DNA of 63,961 bases, counting the filler, from Octopus bimaculoides (taxonomy: Eukaryota): the NCBI RefSeq assembly GCF_001194135.2. It is 4 parts of 4 records of this genome, joined end to end, with 100 filler letters (N's around TTAATTAATTAA, not from the genome) between each part and the next. Parts side by side here need not be neighbours in the genome. Positions count along the whole stretch, not along the records: positions 11,949 to 35,410 come from NC_069002.1; 3 more parts are not named here. One strand, given 5' to 3'. Positions 13,572 through 28,001 of this stretch are shown in pieces; within the stretch, counting starts at the first letter, position 1, and each line of letters opens with the position of its first letter. The notes below the pieces were generated by a model. The model was not told the origin of the DNA and did no database searches. It saw only the letters and a list, made by a program, of their open reading frames with translations. The position numbers and the translations under genes were made by a program.

Positions 13572-14049
13572 CACATATTTATATATATATATCATTAATG
13601 TTTGTTTTTATGTTCATTCATCATAAAAACAATTTAGCATTAATCTGAAGAGTTACTTTATACTTTTGTTGACTACAAATTCATCATTTTAAGGCAAGAA
13701 AATTATTGACAGTGTCTTCGAAATTTTGGCCAGTTAACCCATCATTGGACTGCCTGACCATAATAAGCATGTAAATGTATGTGCGTGCATGCACACACTT
13801 GTGTGCACATGTATGTGTGTGTGCATGTGTATGTGTACACATATGTACACATGTATATATGCCATGTAAAAAGCACTGGTGTTGGTGTGACGTAAAAAGT
13901 GCTGGTGATGGTGCAACATAAAAGGACCCAGAACATTCTGTAAAGTATTTGGCATTAGGGAAGGTGTTGGCTGTAGAAACCATGCCAAAACAGACAACAG
14001 GACCTGGTGTGACTCCTGGCCTTGCCAGCTCTAGTAAAATCATCCAACA

Positions 14050-14362
14050 GTGGAGGCACATGGCTCAGTGGTTAAGGTGTTGGACTCATGATCGTAAGAC
14101 TGTTGTTTCAGTTCCTAGAACGGGCATTGTGTTCTTGAGCAAAACACTTCACTTCATGTTGCTCCAGTCCACCCAGCTGGCGAAAATGAGTAAACCTGTG
14201 ATGGACCAGCATCCCATCCAGGTGGGGAATATATATATGCCACGGAAACTGGGACACCGGCCTTTATGAGTCAGTATGACTCTAGAAGATAACTTTACCT
14301 TTAACAAAATCAACCAACCCATGCCAGCGTGGAAAATGGGCGTTAAATGATGATGATGATAA
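14050..14362 (+). mobile_element. tRNA-derived SINE with RTE-type (GAT)n tail
   Basis: A-box-like tggctcagtggttaagg; ttgagcaaaacacttcac core; cctgtgatggaccagcatcccatccagg segment; ends aacccatgccagcgtggaaaatgggcgttaaatgatgatg, shared with the RTE 3' end at 51.2 kb. Confidence 0.75.
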
Positions 14363-15754
14363 TGTGTTTGTTCATATCCCGTTGTCTTGACATTGTACAA
14401 CAGACGTGATTGTTGCCGTCATTTTTTTCTCAGTGTTTCAGGAAAAAACTTGTCTGACCCCAGGGAAATATTACTTTGCTTGGAAAGAGATGAGGGTTGA
14501 CAACAGGAAGGGCATCCAGCTGTAGAAGACCTGTCTCAATGAAGTCCATCTAACCCATGCCAGCTCTGGAATGTGGATGTTAAAATGATGAAAAATGAAA
14601 AAGTAATAGTGATCAATTCCCTTTAGAATCAGATTTTTGTGGTGGTAGTAGTGGTGGTGGTGGTGGTGGTGATGGTGGTGATAGTGATGGTGGTGTTGTT
14701 GATGATGGTGGTAGTCGTGGTGGTGGTGTTGGTGATGGTAGTGGCTTTGGTGGTGGGGCTGATAGTGATGGTGGTGGTGTTGATGGTGGTAGTGGTGATG
14801 GTGACAGTGGGTAGGGGTGGAGGTGTTGGTGATGGTGGTGATGTTGGTGATGGTTGTGATAGTGGTGGTGGTGGTGGTGGCAGTGATAGTAATGGTGGTA
14901 GTGGTTGTGTTTGTGATGTCGGTGGTGGGGGTAGGTGATGATGGTGATGGCAGTGGTGGATAGTGGTGGAAGTGCTAGTGATAGTGATGGTGGTGGTGGT
15001 GGTGGTAGTAGTGGTGGTAGTGTTGGTATTTATCGTTACATTGTTTGGTTTGGTGCCAATTTCATGTGAATTTAATGACTTCATTCATTTTCTATATCAC
15101 TTCTAAACATGCCCATACATACACACTCATATATACACAGACACAGACACACACACACACACACATGTACATATATACTCACGCACAAACACGTGTGTGT
15201 GCGTGTATTCAATCAAACGTATACAGACACATGAATGTTCACACACATCAACATACACATACATGTTCATAAGTACAAATTGCATATACGTCTACACACA
15301 CACACACACACACACATAAGTGTAACCACAAACCACCAACGCAATCACCGAAACAGCTTCGAGCACAACCACCACCACCACTAACACTGCTGTTACTGTT
15401 ATATTAACAAATGGTGAGAACTATCTCCACTCCACCACACCGACACACACCATCATGAATATTAACAACAAGAAGATTATGAGCAAGAAAATGATTATTT
15501 TCTTCAACAACAGAAACAAAAATATCCTCCACACCATCAGCAAAGCCACCATCACCATTATCATCATCACATCAATATTGTTGTTATTGTTGTCATCGTC
15601 GTCGTCATCATCATCATCAAGCTCACAGCAGGAAACCCTAGGGAAATGTCTCCACTATAGTCCTAAGGACCAACGAAATCCTTGTAACTGGATTTGGTAG
15701 ATAGAAACCGAAAGAAGCTCATCATATTTGTATGTGTGTGTGTATGCATGTGTG

Positions 15755-15800
<46 letters not shown>

Positions 15801-16343
15801 NNNNNNNNNNNNNNNNNNNNNNNNNNNNNNNNNNNNNNNNNNNNNNNNNNNNNNNNNNNNNNNNNNNNNNNNNNNNNNNNNNNNNNNNNNNNNNNNNNNN
15901 NNNNNNNNNNNNNNNNNNNNNNNNNNNNNNNNNNNNNNNNNNNNNNNNNNNNNNNNNNNNNNNNNNNNNNNNNNNNNNNNNNNNNNNNNNNNNNNNNNNN
16001 NNNNNNNNNNNNNNNNNNNNNNNNNNNNNNNNNNNNNNNNNNNNNNNNNNNNNNNNNNNNNNNNNNNNNNNNNNNNNNNNNNNNNNNNNNNNNNNNNNNN
16101 NNNNNNNNNNNNNNNNNNNNNNNNNNNNNNNNNNNNNNNNNNNNNNNNNNNNNNNNNNNNNNNNNNNNNNNNNNNNNNNNNNNNNNNNNNNNNNNNNNNN
16201 NNNNNNNNNNNNNNNNNNNNNNNNNNNNNNNNNNNNNNNNNNNNNNNNNNNNNNNNNNNNNNNNNNNNNNNNNNNNNNNNNNNNNNNNNNNNNNNNNNNN
16301 NNNNNNNNNNNNNNNNNNNNNNNNNNNNNNNNNNNNNNNNNNN

Positions 16344-16385
<42 letters not shown>

Positions 16386-18089
16386 TATAAATGGGATTAA
16401 AATCCAAGCTAAGTCATCCTGAAGCACTTCTGTGAATACCAGCTATGTGTGTGTGTGGACTTGACAACCAGTTTGGGGTGTTGATGTCCCTGTAACTAAG
16501 CAGTTTGGCAAAAAAGTAACAGCTAAAATAAGTACCCAGTTTAAGAAAAATTAGTACTATGGTCGAGTTGTTTGACTAAGCTCCTTCCAGACAGTACCCC
16601 AGTATGGCCACACATTTCAGTCAAATGACTGAAATAAGTAAAAGATTAAAGATGAAAGACATATGTAGAAAGTTTATCTTTAAGGAAAAAAAAAATCTCC
16701 AAAAAACTATCCATTACAAGTTGAAATTCTTGGTCAAATATTTTAATCACAGAATCTGGATATATCAAAACAAAGACTGGAATTTATGGAATTATTTTTG
16801 AGACTTAATCTGATGAAAAGCATATGGGCACTTCATAATATATATAATATATGTATATAATATTATATTATGAATTCATTATTATTATCATCATTATTAT
16901 TATTAAGGGAGCGAGCTGGCAGACTCGTTAGCATGCTGGGCTAAATGCTTAGTGGTATTTTGCCCATTGCTATGTTCTGAGTTCAAATTCCATCGAGGTC
17001 TAGTTTGCCGTTCATCCTTTTAGGGTTGATAAATTAAGTACCAGTTGAAGACCGGGTTTGATGTAATCGATACATCCTCTCCCCGAAAATGTCCAATTTT
17101 GTGGCAAAATTTGAAACCATTATTATTATTATTATTATTGAGTGAGAGAGCAGTGCATGCCATCAAAGTGACACTGGGGTAAAATATACAAAGCCCAGTA
17201 TACCCAATCTTTTATAACTATAACGTCAAAGATTTTTCAAATTGGTTGGAACGTGATTATGTGAGTTGTCTTTTTTTGTATTGTCTTAATGGTGTCTTTC
17301 GTGTCGTGGAGCATCCTGAGGAGGGGAGTGTCAGGTTCTTTTAAAATATGAGATCCAGGTCATATTAACTGACACATCTCTTGTGTTAGCAACAAATAAG
17401 ACGAGGACAAATATCCGTCAAATGTAAATAATGTACATAATTCCTCATCTCTTAAATATAGAACTGAAAGACTACTTTCTCTATTAAACCTTCCTAGGGT
17501 CCCACTGCACTTCATGTGTGTCCGTTGTTTGGACTGGGTACTCCATATGTAATTTCTACTCACACCTTTTCTGCTTATCAAACAGGGTCCTTTTCCTGAA
17601 TGGATAAACATACTGTATTTTCCTGCTTACTAGAACCTTGGTTAATTTCAAATTAATTTTAAGAGCCTTTGAGTCCTAATTCTGCTGCCACTACCTAGAA
17701 GTATCTGTACTCTTGGGTCCATCAGCAAATTTCTAATTGACAATCTTGCAAAGCTAAACATTTCAAGCAAAGAATTTTTCTGCTAAAAGACAGCTTGTAA
17801 TTACAATCAGTGAATGGAACAGTGATCCTACCAAAGATATTGCTAAAGATCAACATAGAAGTCTTCACCATTATTATTAATTCTTGGTGAGAAACCAGTC
17901 CTTTTTTTTTTAATTTAATTTTATTTTGTGAAGAATTTAAATAATTAGAAAATGGAAGAAAACATATATGTACATTAAACAAATATACATACATACACAT
18001 ATACATATATGTAGGTCCATACATACATACCAACATATGTACCTACTTACATACACTCATACATGTATATATACATACACAAACACATG

Positions 18090-18127
<38 letters not shown>

Positions 18128-18170
18128 CACACACACACACACATATGTACCTACTTACATACACTCATAC

Positions 18171-18201
<31 letters not shown>

Positions 18202-18235
18202 AACACATACATATGTACATATGCATATATACATA

Positions 18236-18288
<53 letters not shown>

Positions 18289-19477
18289 GCACACATGAAA
18301 ACATGCATATATATGCACTTACATATACACATACATACGCAAACACACTTGCAAACATACATACATACACCTATTTATACGTAATCATACACAGATTTAC
18401 ATACACATACATGCACAGAAACACACATACATACGGACATACATAAAAACACACATTCATACATACATAACAACATACATACCTATTTACATACACACAT
18501 ATGTAAACACATACATATATACACATGCATGTATATATCGTAGACATCTGTCCACCGATGCAGCATCAGACAAGTAAATGGTCTGAACTGAAATAAATTT
18601 TTATCTTATTACAGATTTAAAATTAAGGGAAATAATGAAAGAATTAAAATTTTGGCTATTTCTGGAGGACAATATCAGAATAAATTGGATGCGAAACACG
18701 TACAAAGTCAATTTTGTAGACTATATATAGAATTTCTTTAAAATAATTTTTGACATAAGTGTGTATCTATATATGCTCACACACACATCTGCGTGCACAC
18801 ACACGTGCACATACACACATGTATATGCAAATATATCTATACACACACACACACAAACAAAAATATATTTATACATAAACATATATGCATACGCATATAT
18901 ATATATATTTATACACATAGATATATACCTACAGATTTATTTATATAGTTATGTATATACATATACATTATATAGACATATATTTTATAAATATATGCAT
19001 ATATACATATATATATATATATGTGTGTGTGTGTATATAAATATATATATATATATATATACACACACATATAGAAGTATGAAAGTCCAAATCAATTTGA
19101 TTACATCATCATCATCATCATCATCATCGTTTAACGTCCGCTTTCCATGCTAGCATGGGTTGGACGATTTGATTGAGGACTGGTGAAACCGGATGGCAAC
19201 ACCAGGCTCCAGTCTGATTTGGCAGAGTTTCTACAGCTGGATGCCCTTCCTAACGCCAACCACTCAGAGAGATATATCTGTTCCTCCATATATATGAGTG
19301 TGTATGTGTCTAGTGGTATATATTTGTAACTAGATTGCTTCAAAATTTAAGAGAATGATAGTCAATTGTTTTGAAATAAATAACATTTTAATATGTTAAC
19401 ACATATTCATGAGAACAGTCTATGTATTTTCATATTCCATCCATTATATGTATTTATGAAGACACTTTATATATATA

Positions 19478-19945
19478 TTGGATTGTCTGGAAAATTCATG
19501 CTGATTTATAGTAGTTTACCTTTTGACTTATTTTAGAACATGGTTGAGTCCATAAAATAGGATTTGACTACACTTCCACTTAGAGCACAGTTTAAGCTAT
19601 CTTTTCATGGAAGAAGGTTTATGTTCCTATAACCTGTGTTAATTCTGTAACCCTTTAAAATGGAAGATGAGAAAGTTCAATTTCGGCACTTCATGCTTTT
19701 CTTTTTCCGTAAAGGGAAAAATGCCTCAGAAGCAACCAAAGAAATATGCGCAGTTTACAGTGATGTTTCTTTATCCGAAAGAACTGTACGGAAGTGGTTC
19801 GCAAGGCTCCAAGCTGGAGATGGTAGCCTTATTGATAAAGAGCGATCAGGCAGACCATCCACTACAGATGATGACCAAATCAAGTCATTATTTGAGAATA
19901 ACCCACATTGCACAACCCGAGAAATGTCAGAAAGCCTCAACCTGA
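19478..19945 (+). mobile_element. Mariner (Mos1/SETMAR-like) 5' fragment: TA plus TIR plus HTH domain
   Basis: ORF from 19660: MEDEKVQFRHFMLFFFRKGKNASEATKEICAVY...SERTVRKWFARLQAGDGSLIDKERSGRPS; 3'-truncated. Confidence 0.85.
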
Positions 19946-20309
19946 GGTCTGAACGTTGTATGTATAGCAGTTGTGGTGGTGATAGTGGTGGTACTTGTGA
20001 TGGTGATAGTGGTGGTACTTGTGGTGGTGAGGGCTGGAAATAATCAACAGAGAGAGAGAGAGGTTAGATAGAAAAGAAAACTGTAGTGACCCCTGAATGG
20101 TAAGACAAAAAAATGTTGTTTATCATGGAGCTTTGCAAGTTCCAAGTCGACAAATTATTTCATTGTTTCCATGCAAATTGTTTGTTGCTTGAAAAATATT
20201 GGTCAAGTTTAATAAAATCTAATATGTACTCAATGCATGAAGTGTCACTGTTGGGCTCAAGGCACAATGAAGAGTCCTCTACAAGGGCTAGTTTAAAAGC
20301 TGCCCTATA

Positions 20310-20521
20310 GGGGGCCGCTTGAGCGTGGCCGTTTTCGTGCGGGTGACACATAAAAGCACCCACTACACTCTCTGAGCGGTTGGCATTAGGAAGGGCATCC
20401 AGCTGTAGAAACTCTGCCAAATTAGATTGGAGCCTGGTGTTGCCATCCGGTTTCACCAGTCCTCAGTCAAATCGTCCAACCCATGCTAGCATGGAAAGCG
20501 GACGTTAAACGATGATGATGA
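20310..20521 (+). mobile_element. RTE 3'-end repeat (5'-truncated copy); near-identical copies at about 36672-36830 (+) and 19125-19268 (-)
   Basis: ggcattaggaagggcatccagctgtagaaactctgccaaa...gcatggaaagcggacgttaaacgatgatgatg; a homologous sequence follows the RTE ORF end at 50.8-51.25 kb. Confidence 0.8.
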
Positions 20522-22359
20522 TATATGTATGTGTATATATATATATATATACACACAATAGATAGATGGATAGAGAGAGAGAGAGGGAATTCAAAGAGAT
20601 GACAGAATCAAACAACAAACAACAGAAAAACTAAACAAACAAACCACTCCTGCCTGTCCCACCCTCAGCCATTTCCATTATACTCTTGTACATCACCTCA
20701 AGAACTCACTTTAAACACTACCTCCACCCCTACACACCTTTCAGCCTACTTTATTCCATTTCATTTTGCTGCGAATTTTTTTTTTTTTTTTTTTTGCGTA
20801 TGTATTTGTATAATTAATCCGGCATTTAATTTAATTTAACGAAGGAGTTGTTACTTTTATTAATTTCTCTAAAGGATTTCAATTGTAATCTTTTCTTCTC
20901 TTCCACCTTCTTTTCTTCTTCTCCTCCTCCTCCTCCTTTTTCTTCTTCTCCTCCTCCTTTTTCTTCTTTTTCTTCTCCTCCTTTTTCTTCTTTTTCTTCT
21001 TTCAGCAGTACAAATACTAAAAAAAAAACCATCATCATCACTATAATAATGATTCTTCTACATGTTGTTGATGATCTTGTTCTTGTTCTTCTTCCTCTTG
21101 CTTTTCTTCCTCCTCCTCTTAATATTACTGTTATTATCATCATATATGATTATTATTATCATTATCACCATTATTATTATTATTAAAGGAATGTATTTAT
21201 TTTATTTTTGTTTTCTGTTGTTTTTTTTTTGTCTTTTTCGCATGTCCTCATTGTTGAATGCTGTCAGCGAAGCAGAATAAGAGATGATGATAACGGTGAT
21301 AGGAAGATATTGAATGGTGATAGGAGGTACGTGTCGGATGAGCATGAAGAAAATATGATGACAATAATTTCATTAAACCTCGCACAGATGATGAAACAAT
21401 GACGACAACAACAACATTAGGAAGCATTAATGAAAACAAAACATAATTTAAAAACACCTGAGAAACAAACAAAAGAAAAGACACAAAATGTTAATAACAA
21501 CAGCAACAGCAACAACAAAAACAACAACTAATGGTGTAGCTACAAAATGAAGAACTATTTTCGTAAGCTACAGCATTAACAAGAACAAGAAGATCAGCAA
21601 CAGAACACAAACACACAGGTGCAAACTTGCATACACTCACACACACACACACACACACACACGCGTGCGAACAATGTTAAATCACGTACACATGCACACA
21701 TGTGTGCACAAGTGCAAAGCTAAAACACGATTAAGAAACAGAAACAATTAAATCTAAAGACATAGAAATAATAATGATAATAATAACAACCAGGCCAAGA
21801 ACAACAGCAACAACAACAGTAAAAGTAATGATGATGATGATGACGATGATGGTGATAACAACGACGATGATGATGATAATGATGATGATGATGACGACGA
21901 TGATGAAGATGACGGTGATGATGATGAGAACAAACAATGTCAGAATGATGATGATGATGATAATTAATAATAATCTGGGAATAAATTGAAAGTCGGTTGC
22001 TGTGAAAACCTCGGAAAGAGATGAGACGGTTATTTACTTTTTTCCAAGGAAATAGTCACGAGATTTTTCACATGATTATTGGTTATGAGCTTTAAGTAAT
22101 GCAGATATGGCAAAGTACTCAGTCTAGAGATTAACAGATNNNNNNNNNNNNNNNNNNNNNNNNNNNNNNNNNNNNNNNNNNNNNNNNNNNNNNNNNNNNN
22201 NNNNNNNNNNNNNNNNNNNNNNNNNNNNNNNNNNNNNNNNNNNNNNNNNNNNNNNNNNNNNNNNNNNNNNNNNNNNNNNNNNNNNNNNNNNNNNNNNNNN
22301 NNNNNNNNNNNNNNNNNNNNNNNNNNNNGTGTTGGCAGCAAACGGATCGCCTAACCATC

Positions 22360-22428
<69 letters not shown>

Positions 22429-22551
22429 AATAGATAGATAAATAGATAGATAAATAGATAGACAGACAGACAGACAGAGATAGAGAGAGAGAGAGATAGA
22501 GAGAGAGAGACAGACAGACAGGGAGGGAGGTAGGTAGATAGATATATCGAG

Positions 22552-22584
<33 letters not shown>

Positions 22585-22978
22585 CAGACTGTGAGACACA
22601 GACAGATAGATAAATAGATAGACAGATATATAGATAGACAGATAGATAGATAGATAGAGGATCAGAGAAAGACAGAGGTAGTGTGTGTGTGAGAGAGAGA
22701 GAGAAAGAGAGAAAGAAAAAAGAGGTAGGGGCAGTGAGATACAGAGGCAAAGAAGTAGAAAGAGAAACAGAGAAAGAATGAGATAAAGAGATAGACAGAG
22801 AGTGAGAGAGAAGAAGAGATTAGTGGCAAAGACAGTGAGGTATAGACTGAGTGAGAGAAAGAAGGAGAGAATGAAAGATAGAGACAGAGATGGTGAGTGA
22901 GAAAAGACGGAAAGGCAGAGATACACAGGGATAAAAAGTTAGAAAGAAAACGACAGGGACAGAGAAAGAGTGAAAGAA

Positions 22979-23016
<38 letters not shown>

Positions 23017-23828
23017 TGAGAGAGAGAGTGAGAGAGAGAGTGAGAGAGAGAGAGTGAGAGAGAGAGAGTGAGAGAGAGAGNNNNNNNNNNNNNNNNNNNN
23101 NNNNNNNNNNNNNNNNNNNNNNNNNNNNNNNNNNNNNNNNNNNNNNNNNNNNNNNNNNNNNNNNNNNNNNNNNNNNNNNNNNNNNNNNNNNNNNNNNNNN
23201 NNNNNNNNNNNNNNNNNNNNNNNNNNNNNNNNNNNNNNNNNNNNNNNNNNNNNNNNNNNNNNNNNNNNNNNNNNNNNNNNNNNNNNNNNNNNNNNNNNNN
23301 NNNNNNNNNNNNNNNNNNNNNNNNNNNNNNNNNNNNNNNNNNNNNNNNNNNNNNNNNNNNNNNNNNNNNNNNNNNNNNNNNNNNNNNNNNNNNNNNNNNN
23401 NNNNNNNNNNNNNNNNNNNNNNNNNNNNNNNNNNNNNNNNNNNNNNNNNNNNNNNNNNNNNNNNNNNNNNNNNNNNNNNNNNNNNNNNNNNNNNNNNNNN
23501 NNNNNNNNNNNNNNNNNNNNNNNNNNNNNNNNNNNNNNNNNNNNNNNNNNNNNNNNNNNNNNNNNNNNNNNNNNNNNNNNNNNNNNNNNNNNNNNNNNNN
23601 NNNNNNNNNNNNNNNNNNNNNNNNNNNNNNNNNNNNNNNNNNNNNNNNNNNNNNNNNNNNNNNNNNNNNNNNNNNNNNNNNNNNNNNNNNNNNNNNNNNN
23701 NNNNNNNNNNNNNNNNNNNNNNNNNNNNNNNNNNNNNNNNNNNNNNNNNNNNNNNNNNNNNNNNNNNNNNNNNNNNNNNNNNNNNNNNNNNNNNNNNNNN
23801 NNNNNNNNNNNNNNNNNNNNNNNNNNNN

Positions 23829-23887
<59 letters not shown>

Positions 23888-24789
23888 ATGGGCTTCCTTG
23901 CAATTTCCATGAAGCAGATTCATCACAAGACACCGGTCGTCCAAAGTGCCGTGCGATGGGACTGAACTCAAAATCACGTGGTTGCAAAGCGAGCATTTTA
24001 ACCAAAGCTTCCATATATATATATATGGAAACGGGATTGAAGCAGAATTTTAGGCCAAAGATAGTTTTACTGCATCAGTACTTTGCATTTAGATCGATAA
24101 AAACAGGAGCAGCTACACCAACACCAGTAACAGTTGCAATAACAATATCAATAGAAACATTAAAAAAAAAACGAATCGAAACATTCTGGCAATAGAAAAT
24201 CCTTTCTTTAATGAAAACAGAAATATTTTATTTTATGTCTCTTTTTGATATCTTAATCAAATATCTTTCCTTTTCATTTATCATGAGGCGTATGGATAGG
24301 AATAAGAAAGGATATATTTTATGGTATAACCCAGTATCTATTCTAGCACGTAGAACAAATGTTTCAAGGAAATTCTTTAATTTTGTAGATTATCATATTT
24401 CGCCAGGGTGCAAATATAGTTAAAGATATTTAATAGAAAGTGCATTAAAGTTAGTTAGTAAGAACTTCGTTATATCAAAGGTTATGTATACTGTTTATAT
24501 CTATCAGATTGGCGTATAAACAGTGTACATAATATAAATTCATCTCAGCAATATAGAAATGCAATATCAATATTTTTAATATTGCAAAGCTTAATAAAAT
24601 AGACTGTGAAACACCGGTGAATAGTGATCTCACAACTTCCAGAGTTCATGGGGATTCAGACAAAATTTGTATAATACGTCTTTTCGGCTTTATATAAAAT
24701 AAATTTTTAAAAATAACCATTAATTAAAAGTGTAATAATGAAAACAGAAAATATTTAAGCAGAAAATAGACGGTAACTGTTTGGCACAG

Positions 24790-24829
<40 letters not shown>

Positions 24830-26884
24830 AGACTAAATTCTAAAAAAAGAAAAACAACAAAGATTTACCTAAAGTATATACTGAGGTAACTGGATTGACA
24901 ATCAAAATCGATTTTATAAANNNNNNNNNNNNNNNNNNNNNNNNNNNNNNNNNNNNNNNNNNNNNNNNNNNNNNNNNNNNNNNNATACTGAAGTCGATCT
25001 AATCGACTGGCCCCCTCCCCCAAAATTTCGGGCCTTGTGCATAGAGTAGAAGAAGAAATAAAAAATGTGGTGTAACTTTTGCTTCAGCGAAAAAATTACG
25101 AATTGTTTTCCGAAGGAGTAAAAGTTTGAGCGAGAGACCTGAATTGTTAGACTCTTGTATGCATGGAGCAAAATGTCTTTCCTTCAAATATCTGCCTCCT
25201 TGAATTTCAATCTCGTTCGGGGAGAAAAGGGTTGATTTCAAAGTGTTTTTTAAAAAAAATATGTTTATAAAATGCTACTGAGACCACAACGTCATCTCAT
25301 GAGGACACTTCTTAAAATTACCTGTCTTGTGTAGTCTCCCGCGAGAATCAGAAATTAAATGAAAAACGTAAAACAGCCATCTTTACACGTAGTGTTCACA
25401 CGATTTACAAAAACAAAGATTAGCTAAGATATCAATTTTCTGCTAAAACATTATCTGTTTTTGTTATTGTTCTTTTAATTAATGGTTATCTCCAATAATT
25501 TTAATTCATGCAAAATCTAAATGACGTACTATGGAAATTTTGTCTGAAATTGTGGTATGGGCAATTGTTCAAATGTTACAGAGCCATGACCGCCTGTTTC
25601 TTCATTAGTATGCCCACCGTCCGTATAGCCTTACCAATTTCCATTCTCTTTTAGTCCGTCAAAATAAACATGGTTGGCAAATAAATTGTGGTGCTACAAA
25701 CTCCATCCAACTCTACATTTGTCTACGTATATAAAGGGAGCCATCTTTATACTCAGCAATCTTAAACAGCTGCGGTCAACCCTTGGGAACAGGAGTTCAC
25801 CCTTTATCATGGAGATACACGGTCTCTGGGCGTAGTGATAGGGAACGAAAATATCGAACAGTTTGTCTGAGCAAATATAGACCAAAGCAGGCTAGAAGGA
25901 GACCTCTGTACTTATGTATTGAGCACTGTAATCTATCTATTGCTTCTTCGTGATACAACATAAGCACACACACGCACGAACACACACACGCACATACACA
26001 CACACACACGCCATATACTTGGGTTGAATTGTTCGACTAAATCCTTCATGGCTGCAATCCTGTGAATAAAACGAAAGATAAAAGATATAATTGATTGTGT
26101 GTGTATGCATTTGTGTTTGTGTGTATGAGTGTGTGTGTGTGTGTGCGTGAGTTCATTCGCCTGCTTAACGTCCGCTTTTTTATGCCAGTCTAAGTCAGAC
26201 AAGGCAGAATTCTTCCATGTCACCAACCCTTATCCCTTTTCCAATTATTTTTTTTTATTCCCGAGGTCTCCTTCTAGCTTGTGTTAGTCTTTATTATTTG
26301 TTCTGATTTACTGCTCGTTATGTTTGTTCGCTATCGCTACACCGAAAGACCATGTATCTCTATGATGAAAGGAGAACCCTTGATACTAAAGGTTAACAGT
26401 AAGATGGCTTCTTTTATATACGTGAACAAATTTAGAGTTAGATGGAGCTTGTAGCACCACATAGTTTATTTGCCAAGTATGTTTATCTTGGCAGGCTAAA
26501 AGACAATGGAAATTCGTAGACAGACTGATGGAGAAACAGACGGTCTTAGTTCTACGACATTTGAACTTAAAATATGTACCCATGGGGCAACTGAAATCTT
26601 TCAGACAAAATTTGCAGAATCTGTCATTTCGATTTTGCATAAATTAGAATCGTTGGAGATAACAATTAATTACATACATAATAGCGAAAAATAGATAATG
26701 TTTTAGCGGAAAATAGATAATATCTTAGCTGCTAGCTTTGTGATTATAGTAGTTGATATATAAAAATTCTAATCGTTGGTGTTGAAATAATAAGAACAGA
26801 GAAATGTAGATTTGGGAGATATTGAAAGATGGATCGTTAGAATTGAAATATGGAGAACAGAGATATGTGCAGCAGAGGCAAAAA

Positions 26885-27358
26885 TATTGGTTTCAGATTT
26901 TTGCTTAAGTCCAGCAATTTCGAGTGAGGGAGTTTGTCGAGGTAATCTTCAAGTTTAGGTGGGTAAAAAAGTAAATAAAAATATTCAAGGGAAATAACTG
27001 AACGACTTACCAGTATTATCCGTTTTCTTCTAGCTGTTTATAAATAAATCACACCCTAACGTTAATCAAATCACGTGTGTGATTTATTTATAAACAGAGA
27101 TGTACGGAGAATACTGGTAAGATGTTCAGTTACTTCCCTTGAATATTTTTATTTACTTTTTTTACCCCCCTAAACTTGAAGATTACCGTTTGTCGATTAC
27201 ATCAACCCTGGTTTTTGATTGATATATTTATTTCATCGATCTCGAAAGGATGAAAGGCAAAATCAACTTCGGCGGAATTTGAACTCAGAACGAAAAGACG
27301 GACGAAATGCCGCTAAGTATTTTGCCCGGCGTGCTAATGATTCTGCCAGCTCACCGCC

Positions 27359-27360
<2 letters not shown>
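26885..27360 (-). mobile_element. tRNA-derived SINE split by a MITE insertion
   Basis: Head aggcggtgagctggcagaatcattagcacgccggg at about 27360; removing 26941-27187 and one TSD restores gatgtaatcgacaaactccctcactcgaaattgctgg, matching other copies. Confidence 0.85.
26941..27187. mobile_element. 247-bp foldback MITE, Mutator (MULE)-type
   Basis: Inverted arms of about 112 bp (ggtaatcttcaagtttagg...aaatcacac / gtgtgattt...cctaaacttgaagattacc), 22-nt spacer, flanked by the 9-bp direct repeat gtttgtcga (26932-26940, 27188-27196). Confidence 0.85.
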
Positions 27361-27407
<47 letters not shown>

Positions 27408-27555
27408 TAATCCATTCTACTAAGGGCACAAGGCCTGAAATTTGTGGGGAGGGGGCTGGTCGATTACATTGACCCCAGTGCTCGACTGGGGGGTCATTTC
27501 CTCGACCTCGAAAGAATAAAAGGCAAAGTCGACCTCGGTGGAATTTAACTCAGAA

Positions 27556-28001
27556 TGTACCGCCCGAGCAGCACATGCTATTAGTTTCATTTGGAAATTT
27601 GAAAGCTTTGCAGAAACGACAATTTGAGTGTAGCACACCATTTTGTACAGAATTATCATTTTTATAGTAATAGGATGGATCATATCTGAAGGCAGCTCCT
27701 GGTGTTGCGAAGAGCGAATTTGCATGCGATCTATTTCTGAGAGCTATTGTATTGGACCTCTGTCTTATCTGGGGTGTTAAACGTTGTTCTAATGATTCAG
27801 CATTAAGTATTACAGCATGCCTTAGCTGATATTGGGAAAATCTCATCTCCCTTCTCTCTTGAGACTGACGTGCTGCATGCATCTGCTGACCTTGAGAAAG
27901 TCTCGCCTCCTTTCTCTGTCGAGACACTCGCCTTTGTTTTCTGTAATCGTGCTCGCTTTATACGTGTTTCTGGAGGGATTACGTCTTTTCTTTGGTGGCA
28001 T
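27556..28001 (-). mobile_element. Helitron RepHel N-terminal fragment (zinc-finger-like region)
   Basis: MPPKKRRN... start at 28001, then a frameshift into R/Q/E-rich repeats and AAFRYDP...CRFCKAFKFPNETNSMCCSGG, the CxxC...CC motif seen at Helitron N-termini; truncated at a SINE (about 27405-27556). Confidence 0.7.
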
